Assembly: GCA_002633005.1 (NCBI GenBank)
Contig: NMRA01000097.1
Span: 509,721-573,720, forward strand
Source: Phoronis australis
Lineage: Eukaryota > Animalia > Phoronida
Reading direction: 5' to 3'
DNA length: 64,000 bases
Shown here: one piece after another, positions 26,678-38,600 of the stretch
Position numbering within the stretch: the first letter of the stretch is position 1
Layout: the number at the start of each line of letters is the position of its first letter
Position numbers and translations under genes: made by a program
Notes under the pieces: model-generated
The model's input: only the letters and a program-made list of their open reading frames with translations
Databases searched by the model: none
What the model was told of the DNA's origin: nothing

Positions 26678-29600
26678 TATACCACTCAATCGTTTGAGTG
26701 GTCTATCCTATATATATATATATATATATATACGATGGACCATATAATGAATTTGAAAGTGTGGAATTGTCTGGACAATAGCTATTTAAGAATTCAATTT
26801 AAGTCCTTTTTCGAAGCTCATTAATTGAGAAAAGCTCATTTCAAATGAGAAGGTGTTTATTGGTTTTCGGTTTAATGTAAGCTACATTAAACCTCGCGTA
26901 TGTCTACATGTATATTCTATGACTATATCGCACTCTTTGCACTGTATACAAAACGCACCAAAATTATTATACATTGCACGGACATCATTAAACTATCACA
27001 TATTTAAGGTCAAATTACTTCTGAATCTTGCTGCGTATTTATCACATTCCTATTTAGTCTAGTATCGGATACATCACGGTGTAAATTGTATGCGAACTAT
27101 TCTCTCGGTCAACTTTTTAACTGACTTTTTGAACTGCTCTTCAACCCTGGGATTCACCACCATTAATTTGTCGACAGAATAGAATCATGTAATGTTTACA
27201 TATGTATGTTGTCAATGACGGTTACGATTTTATTAGATTTCATTTTCCAATCGGGTAATCTTCAGTAACATAGAATTTAGCATAATTAACAATTGAACCT
27301 TTGATTGGCCAGTTCCTCCAAGATTACAGTTATTCGCTTTTAAGCAGAACCATCTTGAAGTAAACAGTTGTCAATGTGTACAACGAGAGGCTGGAGTCAG
27401 TAACATGCAACCAGTTGTTTGGCATTCCACAATAGTCTCATTCTACAAATTACATCTGTTGACACATGCACACAGTTTCTGGGTCCGTTTCGTAAGTGAC
27501 TGAACGACAAAAATTCGGTCTAACGCGAACATTTCAAGATTGTATAAAGTTCTACTCAAGTAATAATGATCATAACACACTCGAAAACTTATTTACAAAA
27601 AAATTTCTCAGCAACTAATAGTGACGTGTATTGTCCCATAAAATTTTGCTCAGGTGAGTTTCAAGTATTTTTTGGAAATACTTACGTGGAGCAAAAGGCC
27701 AGATTCCTTTCTCAAATCTTAAGTCACTTCATGAAACATAACGCCGGACTTCTCACTTGTACATATTTGCTTTTGAAATAAACATAAAAAATGTTGACAG
27801 ACGTGTGCCTGAGGGAAGAGTTCAATTGTCTTCACGATAAGCCAGAGCATAACACGTGAATTCTGCTCATTTACCCAAAATGTCGACATCATGCGGAGAA
27901 AGTGTACACAACCATTTGACGAATCAGACAGGTGGACTACGTGGACCCGAAGTATTAGGGGAATGGAGCTACAAGTAAACCCGCACTAGGAGTTGGAGAT
28001 TTAGCTCTCGCAGCTGGGCATAGGAATGCTACACTCCGTCACACGAGCTTATTGAAATTTTCTGTTCCACGAGTGCGATACAAGAATCCACGGAGTGACA
28101 CTCCATGAGTACGTGAGTCAAGATAGGTGGGTTCTTTATGACGAATTAAGTATATTCAGATGTGATGATTTGCGTAGAGTCTGCAACCGTGTAAACTGTG
28201 AACCAGTGTAAAGCGTCGCGTTTGTTCGTCTTTACCTAGGCCACTTAAGTGGTCTAAGCCTTTACTAACAATGGTTAAGTAGATGGTGGGACATGATTTG
28301 CCACTTAATAAATTGGACAACATAAATGTCACTTCAGACGAGTTAAAGGACTTCGTTTGTATGACAAATACGAGAAAACGCGGATTTAGTCGGAACTCAG
28401 TGGAATAACATGCCAAAACAACGGATTAGTTGACAGGTACACCTACAAAGCCACTTGTACACGCAGATCTAGATGATATATTTATTAGCCCGGCGCACAA
28501 TCATGGTGTGTTACCATAGCTATCGAAGGCGTGAGGAAAGCGTGAGGTAAGCTTGAGGGAAGCGTGAGGTAAGCCTGAGGAAGGCGTAGACAAAACCGGA
28601 GGTAAGCGTGAGAGCTACAAAGAGATTAGGCGTGAGAAGACCATGACTGATTTCTCTCACACCTGCGTTCCGGTTACGCGCCGGTCTGGTCAGGCATGAC
28701 GCAGACTGGACGAAGTCTAATAGCTCAGTGGCTGTACTGTACAAGCTTGATTATGTTGAGAAAGCACAAGAATCCCCTACTGGGATTTCATCTTCCTTTA
28801 AGACTCACCCTTTTAAAGGACATTCCACTGCCTTGCACACCGTCTTCAAACAAAAGACTGACATCTGTGTATGCCTTTCCACTGAGAGCACAATTGACAG
28901 AGTCAGATGCTACCATCCGTGCATCAAACAAGGTCTCTGCACATCCAAAACCAGTTTCCCTGTGCCCACATTGGATTCGCACCGACTGATGTACATGTAG
29001 ATGTCAGCAAGTCATACGTATATTTCGATGTTAATTTGTATTCAATGTGTTTGTTACTGCAGATGATGATTTACAGCTTTCATATATCGTCACGTGACTT
29101 TGTCTTAGAAACAGTGTTTCTTTTTATAATAGATGAGAAACATTCTGTCATTTATTGAACTTAAGTTGTATCTTTGGCTGGACTGCAACATTAAACATAA
29201 TGCCACAGACTGATTTCATTCATGCAATCAACATCAAAGTCCTGAATTTGGATAAAAAATATCGATTTTTCATGCCCCACACGGTATTTCTGATCCATAC
29301 GCTGAGGGCTTTGTACCTGCGCCATGTATAAGATAGCGTTTATCATTCTCTTGTATTTCTAATGTAATGCCTGACCCACAAAACACTCGTGTAAGTCCAG
29401 ACACTTAGTTCTTTCACTTGTATGAAATCGCCGGTGACATAATGCAAAACAACGTAAAATCGGTAATGGCGGCAGTAACTTGAAAAAAAGACATTTTTTC
29501 GGCGTCTTAACATCATTTTTCCATTTTCCGACATATTTATTTGCCTTCATAAAAATCAATTAGATTTTGAAGTCCGGGGGTTGCACGGGGGGTCGTTTTT

Positions 29601-32600
29601 CGTGTAGACTAAAGAGGAATCGTGTGTTACTATCCGATTCCTTTTTCTGAATCGTCGTACGGTTCACATTCAATGATTTTGGAAGGAATACTCTTGAGGA
29701 AGAGGCCCAGTTGTCATAGAGCACTTAGTAGGTTGTTTGCTCTAATAGTCTCCTCCATTTCTAAGAACTCACGCATTCCTCCTATTGCCGTGGTGGCAAC
29801 CAGCCCAGACCGATCCCAAATACACGTGGCTTCGGGCTCGCCATGTCTTATCTAGGATCTCATCGGCCACGTTTAGGGTCTAAGATGCCGAGAATAAAGC
29901 CAAATGGCCGGTCATTATCGTCAAATCAACGACAACAGTACTTTGATTAAACTGTCCATGACGTATGGTCATGAGCGCCTGCATACTCGACAACAATGCT
30001 GCCGCCAGCTTAGCAGTGCGCTGCTATCTCAACCTGTGCTTAGGCACTGCGTTAAGATGTAAAAATGGGGTTGACTGCGCTTACGTGCACCTACTCCACA
30101 CTATAGCGTAAATTACGGTGCGCACGAGCTACGTTCTACTGCCGGTCCCATTTTTCTGATGTGTAGATCCTGTTTTGCGGCAAGTCTGTCAGATTGGGAT
30201 GACCGGCGGTCACGTTGTTTCTCACCCGTGACTTAATCCGGTTTTGGCATATTTTCATGTTAAAACATGCATTAAACACGACATCTTCTTACAATTCTCT
30301 GAAACAAGATGAAGGTCTTTAACCTCGACAATCCTCATTGGTTTACCGGAAGATTTGAAAAATTCCCTTGTAGTAAAGACATAGATGTGTCTGGTAGGTG
30401 GGTGTGGTGTGGTTTCAGTAGAGGTGCCTGTATAATGTATAGCAACCACAACTCCGGCTCTATCGTAAACCAGGGTGTGGCTGGCTTTCGAGCTCTGCAG
30501 GAGCGCCGCCACAACACCACGTTCCTTACAATATCTTTTTTATCACTCCGGCTGGTCTGCTCACTCAGATTGTCCGGAACCCTGCTTTGCAGGTTGTTAT
30601 TGCCCAGTTGGCTGTTTGGTGTACCCACTTGGTACTTTATATGATATTTGCCCATTTGGCAGTGTGTACCCACTTGGTATTTGTTATTGAATTTGCCGTT
30701 TTGCTCGACCCAGTTGGTAGGCAATTGGCCAATACCCATTTGGTATTATGTACCCATTTTGTACTACGCTAACCTGTGCCACATAGCATCCGATACTCAA
30801 TTACACTTTGGGTATCGGAAATGTGTGTGTTATCTCTTGTAATTAAGGAACCCATCTTGTTCCTTCTGTGAAATATTTATTTGTAGAGCTGTGACCCTGA
30901 AATTCCCAATACAACTTAAAATATGCATTATTCTTGTTGTTTTATTTGTCCCCAACAAAATAATCGACAGCGGACGTCAACTTTACTAAAACTAAAATAG
31001 GGACAATTTGTACTGAAAACGTTAACAAAATGTGGTAAAATATATTTTGACAAATGATTTTGCCGGGCTCGGAAGTATATATTTGTTTTTGTGAAATTTG
31101 AAAATATATTGTCCCTGATAATTGAAAATCAAAGCCAATTTAGCAAGTGATATTTTCCCTTCGAAAATTCACGGCTATTACAGGCCGACTTCTGTGTCCT
31201 GACAAAAAAATCAAGGACAGATGTGGGGCTCACTGTCAATTTTGAAATAAAACTTGTTTTTGTTTGTCGAAACATCGCCAAATGTGGCTGTTTTTTTTTT
31301 CTATTTTACATTTTAAACAGCCAGTTAAGCCGGTGCCGTTCTGCTACCAATTACGCATTGTGCTCACAGGTCAGGGTAGCCACCTTGACATGGCAATCGC
31401 TCACTTCAGGCTGGTAATTTGCATAAATTTCAAAATATGACGATCAAGATAAGGCATCTGTTGATTATGAAACTTTTCACCTCTAATTTATTACCTAAAC
31501 GGGTACTGCTGCTGAAATTTGACCTACCCTGGCCAGGGGCGGATCCAGGATTTTGAGTTAAGGGGGGCCAGGCCAGTGTATTAGCCAGGATTTTGCCGGT
31601 CAGACATTCGCCCTCCCGAATTGCCAATTGGAATCTGGGAGAATTTTAGGGGGGGCCATAGCCCCCTTGGCCCCCTCTAAATCCGCCACTGCTGGAGATG
31701 AGTCAGGTCTGACGTCAGTAAACGAGCGTTGGCTACGACAGACTGCGGCGGAGAACTTCACAAACTTATGATTATGCATTAAATGTCATTCTTCATATGC
31801 AGAGAACAGGTAAAATTTGGACAAAAATAATCTACTTTGTATAAAAAGAACCAACAAGGGAAACAAAGTAACAACGCATTTACCCTCACGGTGATGTCAA
31901 TAGGTTTTCAATGACAACGTGACTGTCATACAGGAATCGTTCCTGAACTGACACACAGGAACTCAGGTCACGATAATAGACTGGAATTGTCGATGATTTC
32001 CGATCCCTGCCGATGTACAAAACTGTGCTAAAAGGGCTTTTAGTTTGATAACAGAAATGATATGAACGTGATGCCATGTTGCAGATAACTTTATTTGGTA
32101 TATATTTCTAAGTTTTTGAACTAGATTGGCCTTTGAGATCAAGGATTTACCTGTAGTGTAACTGCACGGCAATTGGAGGAAAAACACCCACTGTGAACGA
32201 TAAGATCAATTCCGTGACATGTGGAGTAGGAGTATTCAGATAGTCCCTGATTTTATCATCAGGACGGGATTGGGAGTCGGGTTTAAAAACTTGACAGAGG
32301 AAGAGCAGGACATTGTGTCTTTCAGCAGTTGATTTTTCCAGTGATCTGCGCTAAGCATTGACAATTTAGAACTGGTTGTTGTAAACTTAGAGAAATTGCA
32401 ATGCAAAGCAGTAAACGCTGTTATCCATTTCGATCTATTTTCAACAAGGACACACCGCGTCACAAGGTTACGGTGCAATAAGGGCAACTGCCACTCACCG
32501 AAAGATCGTCTCAGATCATTTTCTTCTACAGTCATGGACACACCATTGCCACTCCAGCCCGTCTTTGCGTCTGTCACAGTGATGCCGCTGCATTCCCCCA

Positions 32601-35600
32601 CATGAAATTTTACTATGACGTCGCCAGATGTTCGTAAATTACAAATTCCACCAACTGAAAAGTAGGTACTATATTGGACAAGGATGAATGGGTGGCCACT
32701 TTTGTCTTACCAGTCACATTTCTCTGCAGGAGCCGAGAACAATCACTTCAATACCCACTATCACTGTTGCCAACATAAGACTCACCTTGGGCGGGGCGAT
32801 AATCGTCTCTTCTTTTGAATTTGAACCACGCTATCTCAATTTTCCCAGGTGAGGAGCATTCTTCATTATTGAAAGTAAAGTACCAGCGATTACAACACTG
32901 GGTGCAATTGTACGCGCTGCTAACAGTACCCCAGAAACGCACCCTCAGTGAAGTGAAAGAATATTGCTTCTTGAAAGTTGTTGCCTGAAAAATAGAGCCA
33001 GTAGGTGTCCTAAAATGGTCCAATAACGGTGCGCTCAGTCAGTCTAGTTTAGTAAAACGACGGGAATAGTCGACTATACTTTGACAAAGAGTGCCGCTAC
33101 AAAATTAGTTTGCTCACCCCCGTAGAAAACAACCACTTGTCGGAAGCTTCCGTGTCATGGATGATAGGTTTTTTCTCCTCGAAAGATCGCTCTTCTGATT
33201 TGTCTATGCAGAATATGGGCATAATTTCGGAGCACAAAACCGATAAAATACCACATATTTTAGACAAAATCTGTTTGCACGGATAGTCAAAACTCTGAAG
33301 GAGTTGTTCCATACTCTTTGCGAAAATGTCAACTACTTATCGCCAAGTTAAGTCATGATATGCAAATTAGCATTTAGGCAAAATAACACCACATTACAGT
33401 GCCAAAAGTACTACAAAAAAACGCTATTTTTGCGCAAATTATAGGCTAACTGAACGGCCAAACAATTCTGACAAGAAGAGTATCCTGTTGTAAAGTTCTG
33501 AAACTACAGGTACAACTGTATCTTTAAAAATCTTCACGAAATTTGTGTAGTTGGACTTTTACCACAGTTGCATTCTTTTGTGAGGAAACTACTGTAGGCA
33601 TCAGTGCATATATGCCACCCTGCTGTCCAGCACGTCCAGGACCTCTTCCACCGAAGTACCAACCCCTGACTTCACTGGATAGCAGTTACGTCAAACGCTT
33701 TACAATTTTGCAACGGCAATGGAGAACACGCTGCCAGGACGACATTACAATGGTTCCCGTACTGCTAATAAACACTTTTGAATATTAACCTGTCCAACCC
33801 CTTTCATTGGCAGCCAGATTTCGCAGTTTTAGTAAGGTGTGTGCCGATTGGTCTCCAGCTCTCGATACAAGATCACGTGATACACTAGCATGTCCTTTCG
33901 CCATGCCTTCGCTTGCAAGTAGCCTAGCCCGTTTTTACATTGTACACATTCAAAATAAATACCTATAATCCCGTGATGGATTATATTTTGGCTTACATGG
34001 TTGATTGTGCAATTGAGTTTTATACTTGATGATCCATGAATTGAAGACATATTGTTCAGTATGAATTAGAAATCTCAAACTTCTCGCTCCTGACTTTCGC
34101 TGGAATCTACGGATCGACATCTTGTACTAGTCACTCATTACGCTCGAGTACAAAATAATGTATGCCACATATTTTGAATGGAAAACTTTCGATTTCAAGC
34201 GAAAGTGATAAAGTCAGTTGGGCCCAGAAAATCCGTTTTCAAAGTAAATTATTACACTAAGCATGGAATAGATTGTTGTACAAAGACGAGTGGGCTAACC
34301 CACCATAAAAGAGATCGAGGTGCATGTCAAAATGTGTCAACTTGAAGATAAAACCAACCGAACTCTTGATTGGTCCCCGAGATAAATTTTTGACTTGAAA
34401 GCGGCATTTTACCATTGCTTCCAGTCACAAAACAAGGTTTGGATTAGAGCAGATGCCGGTAGAAAGTGGTTTATCGGATACCTTAGAATTGCCTTCAATG
34501 TTCGGAAATTTCCGAGTGTCCGTTATGTTTTATGTGTTAAGCAATATCTTTCGCGTTCCTGCCATCAACTCAAATTTGACAAAGAAAAAATAGAGACCAA
34601 TGTCATGAAGATCAGTGCCTTAAATACAAACTTGTTTTTTACGGAGAGAACGAATTTAACACCGCTTTAAAGGAGAATACAAACCAAAGTGGAGTTAGTA
34701 GTTCCACTCGATAACAGCAAGTTCAGTTCTTTTACAATGTACACTGTACATTACACCTGACGACAGTCGGAGGTGAGGAAATTAACGAACGACATAACAG
34801 TTTCGAACGCAGTCAGCAAGCACGGGATTAGCATGCGCTCAGAAAGCTTTAGGTCGTTCAATTAGCTTGGTTGAATCTGAAGCCGGTAACGCAGTGATTA
34901 ATTCATTACTGGCTTCTCAAAAAATTTGCACTCACTTCACAGACATCGCAAAAAGTACAGGTATCTAATCTGACCTTTTATTTCAGTTTTCTGTGAGCAT
35001 TGGTTGGGTGAGAATAATTCATTTTTAAACAAAACACACAATAATAAACGTCAACGTGGCAATTTGCAATCCCGACTTAGATGAGTGCTCATCAGTCTCT
35101 TTTTCTTCTCTGGCATGAGCTGTTTGCTAAGCCGGCATTCGCCAGTGAAATCATTGTGGACGAAATGCCGGCCACAGACACGGAGATGTTTAACTCCATC
35201 ATACTTGGTATTTACCGCGTACTTTTCATTCGAGCTTCACTGCCGCGAGCCAACTCTGAAGTATTTCGCCGGGGCTTACAAAGAAATCGAAAAAAACATA
35301 CACCGGATTTGTTCGCAGCTTCTTAGTTCGCAAAAGCGGGAACGATACAGCACACCTCATCGGCACACACTTTGTAGAATAACCACTGATGTCGCTGCGT
35401 CGTTTACTCACCTCTTTCACATGTAAATGCGAGACCTCTCGGCGATGTAAGATCGACCGTATTGGAGGTGATGTGGATATAGACCGATTAAGGCGTTAAA
35501 ATACCAATTGAATCGGGTCTCATTCTCCTTTAAGAAGAGTGGCGATGATTAACGCCATGTCTTGGCAAACATCCAGAGACTTACCAATAAAGTTGCGCTG

Positions 35601-38600
35601 TCTCTACTGGAATTGTAGTTCTTGTAGTAGTAATGTCTGATGTTAGCGACCGGGACTTCGTCACATTCTTTATAGGGCGCTGTGTAAGGGAAGAAGGCCT
35701 TTTAATGCCAATGTCCAATATTAGGATGTTTAGTTAATACTAATGAGTTGGCAATAACAAGATATTCCTTCATATATGCATGTGTTCATATACAATCGAC
35801 AACATTGATGCAAGCTTGTCTGTTGGCAATAAAACTACTGTAGACAACAAGCAACACATGGTGGCCGAACAAATAACTGTTACATATGGTTTATAGCGTT
35901 TCACGGTCCGTCTCAGGCATGCCTAAAATCATTAACCACGCCACCCTTTGACTAGTGAATTTGTCTCCTGTGAAGAGGACGGGTCACAATCTATGGCGCA
36001 GACAATGTATCTTCCCATCCTGGAAAGGTACAAGACCATCGAGAGACAACTATGTATGATAATTCCACACAGCAAAACACTATTCCGTTTCTTAATATGG
36101 GATGTGAAACCTAATGAGCTGAGTCCAGCTCCTCAACAGCAAGGTTAAAGGTTATGTGTTTATTTTTTAAATGGCTTGACACGACATATCTTCTTAATTA
36201 TTGATTAAGGTGATAAACAGGAGGCTTATTTTTGAAATCAAGTGATTATTGATAACTTCTACAAGCAAGTTAAAAGCAAAAAATAAATTTGGTGACACTT
36301 ATTAGAGTATACATGCATATATTTCCAAAGAAAAGAAGTCTATTTGTTTTCTTCCGTTGAAAAAAATGGGCAAACTGGCTTAAATATGCATTAACTCAAC
36401 TCTTAATGTCTTTGTGAATATATTCGTGGTTACTTATCTAACAAATTTTCCGTAACTGTAACAAAATGGACATCTTCTTGCTACATTCTCAAAGAACAAT
36501 TTCTGGAATTTTTGTTATTTTTAATTTGATTATAACTAAAGGTAATTTGTTGACCAATGTGTTTTATATTTTAGTTTGAAGTTCATTGCGACATATATTA
36601 AAGTTAATTAGGTAATTTAAGATTTTCCAGTTCGAAGAAATAAAAAATCATGTTCTACTTGTTGTACGACAGCACTAGACTTTAAAACCAGGTCCAGGCA
36701 CAATCAATTGTGTTGAGGAACACATCCTGCGAACAAATGTATATATTTTTAAAGTTGTTGTCCGTCTAATTGTTTGTGTTGGCATATTGCCTAACATTTG
36801 TGGCTGACCCTTGCTCACCCAGACAACAGTACCCATGCATGTGACATCAGCTTTGAGACTCACATAATGTTAACTCCCAGTTAACTGTTCTTCTTACAGT
36901 ATTTGGAAGAGATTCACTAATTTAGGTAAGTACCCATTTGATTACCTAAACAGATAATTGTATACTTGAATTAGGTAATTGGAGACAATACTTTTTGTGG
37001 ACATAAGCACATCTGACGGCAGTAGTTATTCACATAAAACATTATAAGATGTATAATAAGGCCTAAGAGTCCAATTTTCTGACAGCTCCATACCGATAAA
37101 TAATATCCACAAAACTACCCTTTAATTCCGCAGTACCTTATTCCAAAGCCCAAGTTGTTTGAGCAATGCCTTGGTCCAGACTCACCTATTAGTTACATGT
37201 ATTGTCTGACAACCCATTGTTCTAAAACGTTACCCACTGTCCTTAAAGCATTTGAGATAACGTACATTTTGTGAATAACCGGCCACAGCCACAATTAATA
37301 GAGAGACTTCAAAGACGGCTGGTTACCCGAGCTGGAACGATACGTCAACATTCGTTATATCAATGTTCGGGTAGAGCTGGTTCCTTCCTTCAAGCCTCGC
37401 ACTTGACTCAAACAAGATATGCAAGTCAGGTGACAGCTCTGTCTCTAGCAAAACTCCAGTGAGAAGCATTTATTTTTGCTGGAAAGGAAGGTGCTGTTAT
37501 GAACCAACAGTCTTTCTCTTGCTGGAAAAATGAAAGCTCATCCAGAAGTTCAAATTTTGATATCTGTAATGTTATCTTACATGTCCAGTTACTGATATTG
37601 ATGCTCCTTTGTATTCATCGGGAATGCAATTTGTCGCTGTACATTGATGCAGCCTTCAAAATTATGCAAGATATGTCCCTGTCCACATTCAAGACACGAA
37701 AGCTTTGCCAGATATCGTAGGGCGGCGTCTGAAGAATCACTGTTAGTTTTCAAAGACACGGCAAAGATTCTGTTCCAATTGACAAGGCGCATGAACAAAA
37801 TATTATGGATTAGTCAAAGACAGTGTTGAAGATATTGGATAACCTGTAAATCCAAACGCTTTGCCAAAATGGATAATGTTTGGGCCCGAGCTAGAGATGT
37901 TGCTGACTTAGTTAGAATGTCAATATGTTTTTGAAGACAACTGTGAGGAGACGAGCCACCGTGAAGAGTCAATCCTTTCAGAAAAAAACTTAGAGAACTA
38001 TCTGAACACTTTGTGTAGGGTAATTTTTCAACCAAATGAAACCCTGTCCTTGACCAGTGTGATGAATTTATGACGATAGATACGTTTGGGATGTATTGAT
38101 GGCCCTACAAGTTTAACACTATCAAAGTGACTGGTAAGCAGCAACATGACAATTAGACGCAATTGAAAAATTACAGTCAATAAAGACTTCTACATGTACA
38201 TGTATCTAAAATTCAAGTATGTTGTTTTCAAAACAGCTAGTGGGAATACAGAGTGATACAGCAACGCCTGAATGATATAAAAAAGACTGCATCTTATTCG
38301 TGAGCCAGAACGACAGTCTCTGGGCCCGGTCTCCAATCTTTTTACTCAAAATGGAACTCGAAATTAGGTTTGGCATTTTCTACTCTACTTTTGGGCGAAC
38401 TCAAGATAAGTGTTTATTATTCTATGCTCGAGTACACAATAACTTACGTAGATAATTTGTTGCCCTTAGTTCACGGTTTGTAAACCCAATATTAAAGCAA
38501 TAAGTTCGAGTTTGAACTCGAAATTTAGAGTTTTTACTCGAGTTTGTAGAACAAAGATAAGGGTATTCAAGGGCAAACTTGAACTAGAAACTCCTATGCA

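Noticed and set aside
28520-28640. Short gcgtgagg repeats (and 30610-30770) as a CRISPR-like array
   Set aside because: Degenerate tandem units without unique spacers; eukaryotic context and no cas genes.
32236-32498. C-terminal extension of ORF 32236-32601 as the end of a stand-alone CTHRC1 gene
   Set aside because: A strong G|gtgagt donor at 32499/32498 gives a 156-bp exon equal in size to exon 9 and in phase with FN2; the read-through has no homology.
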